From: Candidatus Hadarchaeota archaeon
GTDB lineage: Archaea; Hadarchaeota; Hadarchaeia; Hadarchaeales; JAGGTB01
Direction of reading: 5' to 3'
DNA: 64,000 bases
Assembly (NCBI GenBank): GCA_964384105.1
Contig: CAYLJV010000001.1
Location: 128,001-192,000, forward strand
Below, in pieces: positions 31,215-42,394 of the stretch. A program made the position numbers and the translations under genes. The notes below the pieces were generated by a model that saw nothing but the letters and a program-made list of their open reading frames with translations, had not been told where the DNA came from and did no database searches. Each line of letters opens with the position of its first letter. Within the stretch, counting starts at the first letter, position 1.

Positions 31215-32309
31215 TTGAAAGCACTGACAGAAGCGTTCCACGACCCAAAAGAGGCTAAAAGAATTTCTACGAAGATAGCGGATATTGCCGATTCTTTCGG
31301 AGAAGTAAAATTGATGAACGTGTGTGGGACTCACGAATATAGTATAGTAAAGTATGGATTACGTAACTTAATCCCCGATAATGTAAAACTGATTGCTGGA
31401 CCGGGATGCCCGGTCTGTGTTACACCTGCGAGGGAGATAGACGAAGCTATCGAGTTAGCAAATCGAGGCATTATAGTAACTACTTTTGGAGATATGTATC
31501 GTGTCCCGGGGAGTTCGTCTTCACTCTCTGATGCTAAAACTAATGGAGCAAGTGTCAGAATAGTTTACGGAATCTCGGATTCTGTAGAGATCGCTCGTAA
31601 GAATCCGGATAAGGAGGTTGTGCATGTTGCGATTGGTTTTGAAACTACTGCACCGACCACCTCAGCGGAATTACTCAGAAATCCTCCGGAGAATTTTAGC
31701 GTACTTGTGAGTCACAGGATAATGCCTCCTGTTATGGATTTCTTGCTTTCCTCAGGGGAAACGGATATCGACGGGTATATATGTCCCGGCCACGTTTCTA
31801 CGATAATCGGTTCCAACCCCTACAAGCCGTTGAGCGAGGTTTATGGAGTCTCTCAGGTAATTTCTGGATTTGAACCTTTGGACATACTCCTGAGTGTCCT
31901 AATGTTGCTTCAACAGATTCAGGAGGGTAGAAGCGAGGTCGAAAATGAGTACGAAAGGTTCGTGAAACCGGAAGGAAATACGAAAGCTAAGAAGCAAATG
32001 GAAGAGGTTTTCGAGACCAAAGATAATATCTGGAGAGGGTTCCCGATTATCCCAGGATCTCATTTAGAACTTAGAGAAGAGTTTGAGTCCTACGATGCAA
32101 GGAAAAAATTCGATGTGCGCATCGAAGAGGAGCGAGAGTTTGCTGAGGGATGTCGTTGTGGAGAAGTGCTAAAAGGTTTGATTTCTCCTACTGACTGCCC
32201 GTTGTTTATGAAGGGTTGTAAACCAGATTCACCGAAGGGTCCATGTATGGTGTCTGTTGAGGGGACCTGTAGCGTGTGGGCGAAACACGGAGACCCTTCT
32301 AAGTTTTGA
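31215..32309 (+). CDS. hypD: Hydrogenase maturation protein HypD
   Basis: VCGTH, GPGCPVCVTP, GFETT, PGHVS, GPCMVSVEGTC. Confidence 0.96.
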   Translation: MKALTEAFHDPKEAKRISTKIADIADSFGEVKLMNVCGTHEYSIVKYGLRNLIPDNVKLIAGPGCPVCVTPAREIDEAIELANRGIIVTTFGDMYRVPGSSSSLSDAKTNGASVRIVYGISDSVEIARKNPDKEVVHVAIGFETTAPTTSAELLRNPPENFSVLVSHRIMPPVMDFLLSSGETDIDGYICPGHVSTIIGSNPYKPLSEVYGVSQVISGFEPLDILLSVLMLLQQIQEGRSEVENEYERFVKPEGNTKAKKQMEEVFETKDNIWRGFPIIPGSHLELREEFESYDARKKFDVRIEEEREFAEGCRCGEVLKGLISPTDCPLFMKGCKPDSPKGPCMVSVEGTCSVWAKHGDPSKF

Positions 32310-33291
32310 ATATTCTCCATAGTTCATCCTGTTTTGGAAAGTCAAGTTCCTTGCCGTCCATGAGTCTAGTTTTTTCGTCCTCCAGTATCTCACCGATCTC
32401 TGAGGCTGGAATGTCTTTTTCTTCTAGAGCTTTGATTATGGCTTTGGTGTCCTCAGGTTCACAGCAGATTAGCAGACTTCCGGATCCGATGGTTTTTAGA
32501 GGGTCTATATTGAAGTAATCGCATATCTCTCTCGTTATTTCGGAGATCGTTACAGAATCAGAATTTATAGAAAACCCGACTTTGGAAGCGTCGGCCAGTT
32601 CATGGAGACCGCCTACGAGCCCGCCTTCAGTGGGATCATGCATAGCATGGACTTCTCCCGAATTAATCGCAGTGGATGCGTCCTCCACCACGCTTATCTT
32701 TTTGAGAAATTTTTTTGCTTTATCTAGTGAACCTGGACGAAGCTTTTCGCTTAATTTTTCCTCATAGTTTGAGGCAAGTAAAAAAGTGCCTTCTATTGCA
32801 GCGGTTTTAGTGAAGATTATGTGATCTCCGGGCTTTGCTCGGTCGGTGGATACCCATTTGTCCAATGGAGCTTCTCCGATCATAGCTCCAGAGATCAGAA
32901 CTCTCTTTAATCCAGGTGTTACTTCTGTGTGGCCTCCGACTAAGGAGATTCCCAGTTCTTCGCTTGCTGTTTTTGCCCTTTCGAAAATTTCTCTTATCTC
33001 CGATTCTTTTATTCCCTCAGGTAAGAAGAGATTCATTAGGAACCATTGGGGAGTTGCTCCGGTAGTTGCTACATCATTTGCGTTAACATGTACTGAGAGC
33101 CAGCCGGGGTCTTTCAGTGCACCGGTTATAGGGTCTGAAGAGAGGGCCAATACTCTGTCTTCGAGCTTTACTATCGATGCATCTATTCCTACTTCCGGCC
33201 CGACCAAGACCCTTTCGTCTTTTAATTCTAATAGAGAGAAAAGTATCTCTTTTAGCTTATAAGGACTGATTTTTCCTGTTGGTAGGGGCAT
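32299..33291 (-). CDS. AIR synthase/HypE-like (PurM superfamily) protein
   Basis: NANDVA, GGHTEVT, MHDPTEGG. Confidence 0.85.
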   Translation of the reverse strand: MPLPTGKISPYKLKEILFSLLELKDERVLVGPEVGIDASIVKLEDRVLALSSDPITGALKDPGWLSVHVNANDVATTGATPQWFLMNLFLPEGIKESEIREIFERAKTASEELGISLVGGHTEVTPGLKRVLISGAMIGEAPLDKWVSTDRAKPGDHIIFTKTAAIEGTFLLASNYEEKLSEKLRPGSLDKAKKFLKKISVVEDASTAINSGEVHAMHDPTEGGLVGGLHELADASKVGFSINSDSVTISEITREICDYFNIDPLKTIGSGSLLICCEPEDTKAIIKALEEKDIPASEIGEILEDEKTRLMDGKELDFPKQDELWRIFKT

Positions 33292-33386
33292 TTGAATCAA
33301 TAACTTTTTGTTTTTACCGAGTAAAAGTTTCACTTAAGGTGTTGACTGGAGCATTTGATTTAAGACATTTTTTATAAAATTAGTTC

Positions 33387-33740
33387 TTGAGCGGCCGTGG
33401 TCCAGTGGCAAGACTCTGGCTTCCCGAGCCGAACCAACTTTTTTGGAAAAAAAAAAACGTTGACGAAAAAACTTCAATAGACGAAATATTGGATAAATTC
33501 AAGGATTTTTGCCTGATAGACATTGACTTGACCGAAAGCACGTACGAAAGACACAAGTGCTGTATATGGGATTTTTTGAAGTTTTATGACGGTAATATTT
33601 CTGGTTTAAACAAGAATGATGTCCGTGATTACCTCAAAACGAGAAAGAATAACGAGGCTAAAAGTACCTACGCTAACAGGATTAAAGCGTTGGGAAGGTT
33701 CTTTCGTGATTTTTTACCGTTTAGGATTTTCGTGCATTAA
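33387..33740 (+). pseudogene. Split tyrosine integrase C-fragment, truncated (core-binding domain only)
   Basis: Begins inside the att repeat; FKDFCLID...DVRDYL...TYANRIKALGRFFRDFL; no catalytic R-H-R-H-Y region. Confidence 0.7.
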
Positions 33741-33753
33741 TAATACTTCTTAG

Positions 33754-33838
33754 TATGACAAATTAACAATTATTGTTATAAGTCATATTTAATATAAAAG
33801 TACTTATGACAAAATGTTATTTATAATTATAAGTCATA
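33754..33838. promoter_or_regulatory. Two TATGAC-N22-GTCATA inverted-repeat boxes (33754-33787, 33805-33838)
   Basis: Identical arms and spacer length, 51-bp period, upstream of the fic gene. Confidence 0.6.
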
Positions 33839-33872
33839 TATAGTATAAGTATGCATAATGTAGTGTGTTAAA

Positions 33873-34832
33873 ATGAAAAATATCATATTAGAAAAACTTC
33901 GTGCTGCGTTTTTTGAACGTTCGGATTTGGAGACTTTACCTGAGTCTGTCTGGAAAAGAAGTTCAGCTCTTAACACCTGGGGCACCAACGCAATTGAAGG
34001 AAGCACTATTTCTCGTGAAGATGCGGAAAAAATTATTTTAGAAGGAAAAAGTGTCAAAGGTAAACCAATTCGTGATATTGCAGAAACCATGGACCATGAA
34101 CGAGCCTTTAGAGGACTTTTGAAACTCCGAAAAAAAGAGATCGATCTTGAAACAGTATTAGAACTTCATGAAAAAGTATTCTTAAGGACCAAAGATGATG
34201 CTGGGCAGTGGCGAAGAGTAAATGTTCGAATTAAAGGGGCAGACTACACGCCACCCCGATGGGAAAAAGTAGTTAATGAAATGAAAGAATGGAAAGAAAA
34301 TTATAGAGAACGGGATATAGATGATGAGGACCCTTTTTCCCTTGGAGCTTGGATGCATTATGAATTTGAACGCATCCACCCTTTTAGTGATGGTAATGGA
34401 CGCGTGGGGAGATTGCTTTTAAATCTACACTTTCTTAAAAGAAATTGGTCTCCAATCCATGTTCTTCCGATAAATCGTGATAAATATCTAAAAGCCCTAA
34501 ACAAAGCTGCTAAAGATGATTTTTTACTCTTAGAAGAATTCATAAAATTTTTGATTGGGGGTAGTTTATTGGATATTCTTGACCAAGTAGGTGTTGCCAA
34601 AGACGAGCTGATTTCTTTAAAAGAAGCAACTAGGTTAAGTCCATATGATAGAAAATATTTGGCTTTGAGATGTAAACAGGGAGAGCTACCAGCATTTAGG
34701 ACGGGAAAGAAATGGATGACAAGCGAAAGAGCACTTGAACTTTATTCAAATTTTGTGAGTAATAAGGAAATAAGAATAGTGGACAAGAGGAAAGGCGAAG
34801 ATACGAAAAAAAGCGAAAAATCTAAAGAATAA
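33873..34832 (+). CDS. Fic-domain protein with C-terminal HTH
   Basis: HPFSDGNGRVGR catalytic motif; N-terminal TNAIEGS inhibitory motif; LISLKEA...YLALRC..GELPA HTH. Confidence 0.92.
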   Translation: MKNIILEKLRAAFFERSDLETLPESVWKRSSALNTWGTNAIEGSTISREDAEKIILEGKSVKGKPIRDIAETMDHERAFRGLLKLRKKEIDLETVLELHEKVFLRTKDDAGQWRRVNVRIKGADYTPPRWEKVVNEMKEWKENYRERDIDDEDPFSLGAWMHYEFERIHPFSDGNGRVGRLLLNLHFLKRNWSPIHVLPINRDKYLKALNKAAKDDFLLLEEFIKFLIGGSLLDILDQVGVAKDELISLKEATRLSPYDRKYLALRCKQGELPAFRTGKKWMTSERALELYSNFVSNKEIRIVDKRKGEDTKKSEKSKE

Positions 34833-34887
34833 AATTGTTAAAAACGGAAATAACTATTGATGAAACTTATAGAAAGGCTAAGAAGGT

Positions 34888-35045
34888 TTGAATGATTTTC
34901 TACCTGAAAAAGAAGAAGGCTATAACCTCTCTAAAACCCTTGAAAACGCAATTAAAGAGAAATTAAACAACTATGATAAGCGGATTAATAATGATCAGTT
35001 CTTGAGCGGCCGTGGTCCAGTGGCAAGACTCTGGCTTCCCGAGCC
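34888..35045 (+). pseudogene. Split integrase N-fragment reading into att
   Basis: GYNLSKTLENAIKEKL...LSGRGPVARLWLPEP, same frame through att as the intC fragment. Confidence 0.6.
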
Positions 35046-35079
35046 AGCGACGCGGGTTCAAATCCCGCCGGCCGCACCA
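35006..35079 (+). tRNA. tRNA-Gly(CCC), CCA encoded
   Basis: GCGGCCG acceptor stem, CTGGC-TT-CCC-GA-GCCAG anticodon arm, GGTTCAAATCC T-loop. Confidence 0.95.
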
Positions 35080-35190
35080 TATTCCACTTTTTGCAGTGAT
35101 CGATTTGGAAAGGTGGTTAAAAAAACCACAAATTGAAATTACCGATAATAATTATAACCTTGTTATGAATAGATAATAGGGGAGTTTAAC

Positions 35191-35757
35191 GTGCGGCCAG
35201 CTTTGTTGATTATAGATATGTTGGAGGATTTTGTATATGGTGAATTAGGTGATGAAAAGTTTCAGAAGATCATACCGCCGTTAGATAGACTCATCAAGGA
35301 AGCGAGGAAGAGCGGGATACCGGTCATGTATTGTAATGATTCTCATGAGGAAGATGATCCAGAGATGGGAATTTGGGGAAAACATGCTATGAAGGGAAGT
35401 GAGGGAGCAAAAGTAATCGAAGAACTAAAGCCAGAGAAATCTGATGAAGTGGTGGAAAAAAGTACGTATGGTGCTTTCGAAGGGACTGATCTGGAAGAGA
35501 GGCTTAAAAAATCATATAATGGTAAGGGTGCAGATACTGTCATTATTACCGGTTTGCACACTCATTTGTGTGATCGGCACACGGCTTATGGTGCTTTCGC
35601 TCGGGGCTATGATGTTGTCTTTGCAGAAGACGCTACTGAGGCTTTTAGCAAAGAACAACACGAAGAGGGATTGGATTATGCCCAAAAATTTTACGGTGCC
35701 AAAATATTGAGCAGTAATAAGATTATATCTGAAATTTTCGAGAAAGTCGAAAACTAG
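35191..35757 (+). CDS. Isochorismatase/nicotinamidase-family cysteine hydrolase
   Basis: LLIIDM..DF, KSTYGAF, GLHTHLC. Confidence 0.88.
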   Translation: MRPALLIIDMLEDFVYGELGDEKFQKIIPPLDRLIKEARKSGIPVMYCNDSHEEDDPEMGIWGKHAMKGSEGAKVIEELKPEKSDEVVEKSTYGAFEGTDLEERLKKSYNGKGADTVIITGLHTHLCDRHTAYGAFARGYDVVFAEDATEAFSKEQHEEGLDYAQKFYGAKILSSNKIISEIFEKVEN

Positions 35758-35878
35758 CTAAAAATTTCAAGTGAATACTACAGTCGAGCTGATTATTGGT
35801 TAAAAGATAAATTGGTAAATCTCCAATCTGTCTGTGAATGGAAAGAAGTTTAACTTTCTTTTTAGAGAGAGGTATGAA

Positions 35879-36721
35879 ATGTTTAGAATAGGTGCTCATG
35901 TTTCTATTTCGGGTGGCTATGAAAAGGCGATTGGCCGTGAAATTGATTTAGGTGGTAACTGTGGGCAGATTTTCGCTGGCTCACCACGTGGGTGGAAAGT
36001 AAGTCAGCCATCTGAAGAAGAAGCTCAGAAATTCCGAACTGAATCGGAAGAGGAGGATTTGAAACCGTGGATAGTTCACGGGACATATTTGATCAATTTT
36101 GCTACTCCAAAGAAGAATTTAGCAGAAAAATCAGTGAGGGCTGTTCAAGAAGAACTGAATGCAACGGCAAAAATTGGTATCGATTACTACGTTTTTCATC
36201 CTGGAGCACATACAGGTGCTGGTGAAGAGCAAGGTATAAAGAATATCTCCGAGAGATTGTCAAAACTCGATATTCCTGACGGTGTAAAACTTCTCTTGGA
36301 AAATACTGCAGGAAAGGGGACTACCCTCGGGAAAACCTTTGAACAACTCAATGAAATGGTAGAACTTTCTGATTACGATTATTCGAAGCTCGGTGTTTGC
36401 TTGGATACTGGTCATATGTATGCTGCAGGTTATGAAATAAATTTGAAATATGAACTAGATGAGATAGTAAAAAGTATTGATGAGGATATTGGTCTCGATA
36501 ACATGCACTTTTTGCACCTTAATGATTCTAAGCACCCACTAGGTTCGGAAAAGGATGAACATGAGCATATTGGGGAGGGTGAGATTGGAGGAGATGGCTT
36601 TGAATATTTTATTAACCACGAAAAATTGCGAGATAAGCCTATGGTTCTCGAGACTCCGACTAATGGCAAGGGTTTCGCTTGGAATATCAAGAAGTGTAAA
36701 GAGCTAAGAAAGGGGGATTAG
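35879..36721 (+). CDS. nfo: Endonuclease IV
   Basis: IGAHVS, FHPG, LENTAG, DTGH, HLNDSK, DEHEHIG, ETP. Confidence 0.95.
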   Translation: MFRIGAHVSISGGYEKAIGREIDLGGNCGQIFAGSPRGWKVSQPSEEEAQKFRTESEEEDLKPWIVHGTYLINFATPKKNLAEKSVRAVQEELNATAKIGIDYYVFHPGAHTGAGEEQGIKNISERLSKLDIPDGVKLLLENTAGKGTTLGKTFEQLNEMVELSDYDYSKLGVCLDTGHMYAAGYEINLKYELDEIVKSIDEDIGLDNMHFLHLNDSKHPLGSEKDEHEHIGEGEIGGDGFEYFINHEKLRDKPMVLETPTNGKGFAWNIKKCKELRKGD

Positions 36722-36822
36722 GGGAATTGTCGTATTATATGATCTGCTTTACAAATGTAAGGAGAAAGCTAATATAATCGAAGAATTGATTTTTCCTACG
36801 AAAGATGTGAAAGAGGAAGATT

Positions 36823-39800
36823 ATGCCAAAGCGCACTGATATAAATAGTATAATGGTGATTGGGTCTGGCCCTATCAAGATCGGTCAGGCTTGTGAATTT
36901 GATTATTCAGGTTCTCAGGCTTGTAAGGCTTTGAGAGAGGAAGGCTACAAGACTATTCTAATGAATTCTAATCCTGCAACTATAATGACAGACTTGAATA
37001 TGGCGGATAGAACATATATAGAACCCTTAACCGCTGAATTCGCTACCAAGGTAATAGAAAAAGAGCGTCCTGATGCCCTTCTTCCTACCTTAGGAGCTCA
37101 AGAAGGCCTTAACATCGCTTCTACTCTCTCGGAGGAAGGTATCCTAGAGAAATATGGGGTCGAACTTATTGGAGCCAAGGCTGGAGCTATAAAGAAGGCT
37201 GAAGATAGGACCAGTTTCAAGGAAGCGATGGATAATATAGATGTTCCATATTTGAATAGTGAGGCGGTTAATACAGTAGATGATGCTCTTAGGGTTGCGG
37301 ATAGAATAGGTTATCCTGTGGTTGTTCGCCCGGCTTACACGCTTGGTGGTTCAGGAGGTGGTTCTGCTTATAATCAAGAGGAACTTCAGGAGATAGCTGA
37401 GAGAGGGATAAACAAGAGCAGAATAAATCAAGTGTTGATAGAAGAATCAGCTGTGGGTTGGAAGGAATATGAACTTGAAGTTATGAGAGATTTTGCAGAT
37501 AATGTTGTGATCATTTGTACGGTCGAGAATATGGATCCGATGGGGGTACATACTGGTGATTCTATTACCTGTGCCCCAGCTCAGACTTTGACTGATAGAG
37601 AGTATCAGAGGATGAGAGATTATTCAATCGATATAATGAGGGAGATTGGTGTGGAAACTGGTGGTTCTAATATTCAGTTTGCTGTCAATCCTGAGAATGG
37701 AAGAATGATTGTAGTTGAGATGAATCCGAGGGTTTCTAGGTCTTCGGCACTTGCTTCTAAAGCTACAGGTTTTCCCATAGCGAAAATAGCAGCTAAACTT
37801 GCAGTTGGCCTGACCTTGGATGAAATTCCTAATGATATCACTAAAGAAACTCCAGCTTCTTTTGAACCTACTATCGACTATACCGTTGTGAAGATGCCGA
37901 GATGGCCTTTTGATAAGCTACCTGGTGCAAACGATGAGCTGACTACTCAAATGAAATCCGTAGGTGAAACGATGTCGATTGGAAGGACTTTCGAAGAAGC
38001 CTTACAGAAGTCAATCCGCTCTTTAGAGATTGGAAGATATGGATTGGGTTCGGATGGAAAATCCTTGGACAAAGAAGTGGATATTGAGAGAAAATTATCG
38101 AGGCCGAATCCGGATAGAATATTTTACATCAAAGAGGCTCTTTTGTCTGGCTATACGGTAGAAGAGGTCAGTAAAATGACTAGAATCGATCCATGGTTTA
38201 TCTTTAAGGTAAGTAAAATCATTGAAGTTGAGAAGGAAATTCAGAATTATGATAGTATAGAAGATTTACCTTCAAAGATGCTTAGAAAGGCTAAGAGGTA
38301 TGGGTTTTCTGATAGGCAATTAGCATTTTTGCTCAACTCGCAGGAGAAAGAAGTCAGAGAGATTAGGAAGAAAAAAGGAGTTCTTTCTACCTACAAAGCC
38401 GTTGATACGTGTGCGGCAGAGTTTGAAGCGAAAACTCCCTATTTCTATTCAACCTATGAGGATGAGAACGAAGTGAGGGAAACCGACAGAGAATCTATAA
38501 TGATCTTAGGTTCGGGACCGAATAGAATTGGTCAAGGAATAGAGTTCGACTATTGCTGTGTACAGTCTGTGTTTGCTCTCGAGGAGGAGGGTTACGAGAC
38601 GATTATGGTAAATAGCAACCCTGAAACAGTTTCTACAGATTATGATACCTCTGATAAACTCTATTTTGAACCTCTAACGGCTGAGGATATATTGGGAATA
38701 ATAGAAGCGGAGAAACCGATGGGTGTCATAGTACAGTTTGGTGGGCAAACTCCTCTTAACATAGCGGAGGAGCTAGAAAAGGAGGGTGTTAATATTCTCG
38801 GTACTTCTCCAAAATCGATAGATATGTCTGAGGACAGGCAAAGGTTTGGGGATATGATAAAGAAGCTTGGCTTGAATCAACCTGAAGGTGGTACGGGTAG
38901 GTCCGCTGAGGAGGCCTTGAAAATAGCCAACAATATTGGCTATCCCGTGCTTGTTAGACCATCCTACGTCCTCGGGGGGAGAGGCATGAGGATAGTGTAC
39001 GGAGAGGAAGAGCTTGAGAGTTACATAAACGAGGCTATTGACGTTTCTCCGGATAAACCGATTCTTATAGATAAATTCTTGGAGGAGGCGATAGAGGTGG
39101 AAGTTGATGCAGTTTCGGATGGCGAAGATGTAGTTATTGGTGGAATGATGGAGCACACCGAAGAGGCGGGTGTTCATTCGGGGGACTCTGCTTGTGTGTT
39201 CCCACCTCAATCCATAAGTGAGGAAATAATGAATGAGATGAGAAAGGCAACTTATGCCATGGCGAAGGAGTTGAATGTTATTGGTCTTATGAATATTCAG
39301 TTTGCTGTCAAAGATGGTAAAATGTATGTTCTCGAAGTCAATCCTAGAGCCTCTAGAACTATTCCTTATCTCAGTAAATCTACAGGCGTTCAGTTAGCTA
39401 AAATTGCTACTAAGGTGATGGTAGGTAAGAGTTTGGAAGAATTGGGGTTCACGGAGGAGGTAAATGTTGATCATGTTTCTGTAAAGGAAGCAGTTTTCTC
39501 TTTTTCAAATCTTCCAGGTGTTGATACTGTTTTAGGTCCCGAGATGAAGGCGACCGGGGAGGCGATGGGTATCGATTCCGATTTCGGAAAAGCTTACTAC
39601 AAATCTCAAATTTCTGCGGGCATGGAGCTTCCTGACAGTGGGAATATTTTCATCTCTGTTAGGAACAAGGATTTGAGAACAGTTACTCTGATAGCTTCTA
39701 ACCTCGAGAACCTTGGGTTCAAAATATATGCGACTGAGGGAACGGGGAGGAAGCTAAAGAATATGGGTGTAGATGTGGAGATAGTTCCTAAGGTAAGTGA

Positions 39801-40044
39801 TATAGAGAGACCGAATATACTTGATCTGATAAAGTCGAAGAAGATAGATTTGATAATAAATACTCCAGTGGGTAAAGGAGCAAAATCAGATGAGTTCGAA
39901 ATAAGGTCCGCGGCAGTTAATTTCGACATTCCCTACATAACTACGATGGCTGGTGCGACCGCTGCGGTTAATGCTATAAAGAGAATTAAGAGGGGTAAGA
40001 TGAGTGTTAAACCGATTCAGGAGTATGTGGAGGAGATAAAATGA
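36823..40044 (+). CDS. carB: Carbamoyl-phosphate synthase large subunit
   Basis: MPKRTDI...[11 protein letters not shown]; duplicated ATP-grasp; MGS domain. Confidence 0.98.
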   Translation: MPKRTDINSIMVIGSGPIKIGQACEFDYSGSQACKALREEGYKTILMNSNPATIMTDLNMADRTYIEPLTAEFATKVIEKERPDALLPTLGAQEGLNIASTLSEEGILEKYGVELIGAKAGAIKKAEDRTSFKEAMDNIDVPYLNSEAVNTVDDALRVADRIGYPVVVRPAYTLGGSGGGSAYNQEELQEIAERGINKSRINQVLIEESAVGWKEYELEVMRDFADNVVIICTVENMDPMGVHTGDSITCAPAQTLTDREYQRMRDYSIDIMREIGVETGGSNIQFAVNPENGRMIVVEMNPRVSRSSALASKATGFPIAKIAAKLAVGLTLDEIPNDITKETPASFEPTIDYTVVKMPRWPFDKLPGANDELTTQMKSVGETMSIGRTFEEALQKSIRSLEIGRYGLGSDGKSLDKEVDIERKLSRPNPDRIFYIKEALLSGYTVEEVSKMTRIDPWFIFKVSKIIEVEKEIQNYDSIEDLPSKMLRKAKRYGFSDRQLAFLLNSQEKEVREIRKKKGVLSTYKAVDTCAAEFEAKTPYFYSTYEDENEVRETDRESIMILGSGPNRIGQGIEFDYCCVQSVFALEEEGYETIMVNSNPETVSTDYDTSDKLYFEPLTAEDILGIIEAEKPMGVIVQFGGQTPLNIAEELEKEGVNILGTSPKSIDMSEDRQRFGDMIKKLGLNQPEGGTGRSAEEALKIANNIGYPVLVRPSYVLGGRGMRIVYGEEELESYINEAIDVSPDKPILIDKFLEEAIEVEVDAVSDGEDVVIGGMMEHTEEAGVHSGDSACVFPPQSISEEIMNEMRKATYAMAKELNVIGLMNIQFAVKDGKMYVLEVNPRASRTIPYLSKSTGVQLAKIATKVMVGKSLEELGFTEEVNVDHVSVKEAVFSFSNLPGVDTVLGPEMKATGEAMGIDSDFGKAYYKSQISAGMELPDSGNIFISVRNKDLRTVTLIASNLENLGFKIYATEGTGRKLKNMGVDVEIVPKVSDIERPNILDLIKSKKIDLIINTPVGKGAKSDEFEIRSAAVNFDIPYITTMAGATAAVNAIKRIKRGKMSVKPIQEYVEEIK

Positions 40045-41120
40045 AGGCTTACTTAGCTTTAGAAGATGGAACTTTCCTTGAGGGGGAAGGCTTTGGGGCA
40101 AAAGGCCGAGCGAAAGGAGAGTTAGTTTTCGAAACGGGAATGACTGGTTACGTGGAGGCTCTGACCGATCCATCCTATAACGGACAGATTTTAATGTTAA
40201 CTTATCCACTGATAGGAAACTATGGAGTTTCAGAAGAGGATTATCAGTCTGATGGTATCAAGTCTGAGGCCCTTGTTATAAGAGACCTTTGTCAATACCC
40301 GAGCAATTGGAGATCTGATAAGTCCCTTGATGAGTTTTTGAAGGAATTCGATATTCCTGGCATTCAGGGTGTGGATACTAGAATGCTAACACGGAAAGCA
40401 CGTATTCACGGGACGATGAAATCTGTGGTTTCAGTCGGTGAAGAGGTAGATAAGGATGAGCTTATCCGCGAAGCTAGAGAGCAACCTGGGATTGTAGAGA
40501 AGGAATATTTGGTGGAAGAAGTCTCCTGCGATGAGGTCCAAAGATTTGAGAACGGTGGAGACCTCGAACTGGTTATGCTTGACTGTGGATATAAGAGAAA
40601 TATTTTGACTAATGTTCTAAAGGAAGGAATAAATGTTACGATAGTTCCTCACGACACTTCCGCCGACGATATTTTGAGTTATGAATCCGATGGGGTTTTG
40701 GTCTCTAATGGTCCCGGTAACCCTGCCCTCTTGGATGAGGTGATAGAGAATGTAAGGAAACTTTTCGGCGAGACTGTTCTCTATGGAATTTGTCTGGGGA
40801 ATCAGTTGATCTCGCTTGCTTTGGGTGCCGAAACTTTTAAGCTGAAATTTGGTCATAGGGGGATAAATCACCCCGTGAAGGACCTCGAAACGGGTAGAGT
40901 TTTCATCTCTACTCAGAACCATGGCTTCGCAGTTACAGAAGATAGTCTAAAGGATGTAGGTTTGGAAATAACTCAAATTAATTTAAACGATAATACTGTT
41001 GAAGCAGTGAAACATAGTGAGATGCCAATAAAAGCCGTTCAGTATCACCCGGAAGCGGGTCCGGGCCCGCATGACACTTATTTTTTCTTCAAAGAGTTGA
41101 GAGAAAGCATGGAGAAGTAA
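40041..41120 (+). CDS. carA: Carbamoyl-phosphate synthase small subunit
   Basis: [24 protein letters not shown]. Confidence 0.98.
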   Translation: MKAYLALEDGTFLEGEGFGAKGRAKGELVFETGMTGYVEALTDPSYNGQILMLTYPLIGNYGVSEEDYQSDGIKSEALVIRDLCQYPSNWRSDKSLDEFLKEFDIPGIQGVDTRMLTRKARIHGTMKSVVSVGEEVDKDELIREAREQPGIVEKEYLVEEVSCDEVQRFENGGDLELVMLDCGYKRNILTNVLKEGINVTIVPHDTSADDILSYESDGVLVSNGPGNPALLDEVIENVRKLFGETVLYGICLGNQLISLALGAETFKLKFGHRGINHPVKDLETGRVFISTQNHGFAVTEDSLKDVGLEITQINLNDNTVEAVKHSEMPIKAVQYHPEAGPGPHDTYFFFKELRESMEK

Positions 41121-41165
41121 TTTTTTCTCCTAATAGAACAGTCTCTCCTAAGTTAGAACGATAGT

Positions 41166-41495
41166 TTGAGTAGAACTGTACATTATAGAACTTGTGAAAC
41201 AGTTTTGGAGTCCGAGTTTTGCTTACTTAAGGCAGCGATTGAGAGTATAAATTCTCAGTATTGTTGGGAAGTTGAAGGACTAAAGTTATGGAGAGAGGGT
41301 ATCTTATCGGATAATTCGAAAGTTTGGGGGTTTACTAAAGTCGGCTCTGGGAGTGAAGCAGAGGTAGTTATTTGTGCAGTGGAATATTTGTCTTCGCTTG
41401 TTCCTAGATTAAAGTGGATAGTAACGGATGAAGGATTCAGTGTTGGAAGAATTTTTATTGTGAAGAACGGCGACAGAATTTCTTTGGATTGCTGA
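41166..41495 (+). CDS. Hypothetical protein
   Basis: 109-aa ORF filling the gap; no motif recognised. Confidence 0.5.
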   Translation: MSRTVHYRTCETVLESEFCLLKAAIESINSQYCWEVEGLKLWREGILSDNSKVWGFTKVGSGSEAEVVICAVEYLSSLVPRLKWIVTDEGFSVGRIFIVKNGDRISLDC

Positions 41496-41607
41496 TTTCA
41501 GAATTTCGAGTTATCAGGATCTCTTTTAGTTTTTGAACAATTCAGTTAATATCTTATAGACTCCAAAAAGCATTATTAGTCTGAATCCTTTCAGACCATT
41601 CTAATGA

Positions 41608-42384
41608 TTGGTGATTAATCTGCACGTACTTAGGAAGCCTACGCTTAAATCGGCTCAACAATTACTTGAGGACTCTTTGAGGGAGAATAAGATTATAGTA
41701 ACGGTGGGCTCGTGCATTGTGGACTATGAAGGTCGAGCAAGTTCTATGCTATCTGAGGGAGAACGTTTAGTAATAGTGAAACCGGATGGAACGGTCTTAG
41801 TTCATCAAACTGAAAAAAGAAAACCAGTTAATTGGAATCCACCTGGGTGTGTTGCTAGGGTTGACCTTCGTGAGGGTGGTCTCTGGTTGATTTCGAGGAG
41901 GTCTAATCCGCCGGAACGACTTTCTATTCTATTTAAAGATCTTAAGATAGCGGCGTCTTTCGACTTGGTTGATAAAGAAAGCCTGCAGCTTGTTGGCACT
42001 GAAGAAGATTTAGTAAAATCTGTTTTGAAGAAGCCGGATTTGATTGAGGAGGGGTTCAAACCAATAGAACGAGAGAAATCCACGAGATCTGGTGTTATAG
42101 ATTTGTACGGTACGGATTCTGAGGGAAGGAAAGTTGCCGTGGAATTTAAAAGGGGAAAGGCCACTCTGTCGGCGGTCGGTCAGTTAAGCCGGTATATTAA
42201 GGAATTGGAAAAGCAGACTAACGGAAAAATTAGAGGTATTCTAGTGGCTCCGAAAATTACCTCAGGAGCTCTTAGGCTTTTAAGAAAGGAGGGGCTCGAG
42301 TACGTTCGAGTAAAAGATTCATCGGATAAAAAATCCACAGATATTATCTACGATAAAAACCAGAAGCGTATAAAGGAATACTAG
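41608..42384 (+). CDS. nucS: Endonuclease NucS/EndoMS
   Basis: VDYEGRA, KPDGTVLVH, PVNWNPPG, IDL...VEFKR, QLSRY. Confidence 0.95.
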   Translation: MVINLHVLRKPTLKSAQQLLEDSLRENKIIVTVGSCIVDYEGRASSMLSEGERLVIVKPDGTVLVHQTEKRKPVNWNPPGCVARVDLREGGLWLISRRSNPPERLSILFKDLKIAASFDLVDKESLQLVGTEEDLVKSVLKKPDLIEEGFKPIEREKSTRSGVIDLYGTDSEGRKVAVEFKRGKATLSAVGQLSRYIKELEKQTNGKIRGILVAPKITSGALRLLRKEGLEYVRVKDSSDKKSTDIIYDKNQKRIKEY

Positions 42385-42394
42385 CTTTTTAGAA

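Larger units (their letters stand above)
33382..35045 (+). mobile_element. ~1.6 kb integrated element remnant at tRNA-Gly, bounded by 49-bp direct repeats (33382-33430 and 34997-35045)
   Basis: Repeat = 9 upstream nt + 5' 40 nt of the tRNA; encloses an intC fragment, a Fic gene and intN. Confidence 0.85.

Noticed and set aside
33848-33875. dif-like GCATAATGTAGTGTGTTAAA
   Set aside because: Spacing is 2 bp short of the 11-6-11 dif geometry and it abuts the fic start
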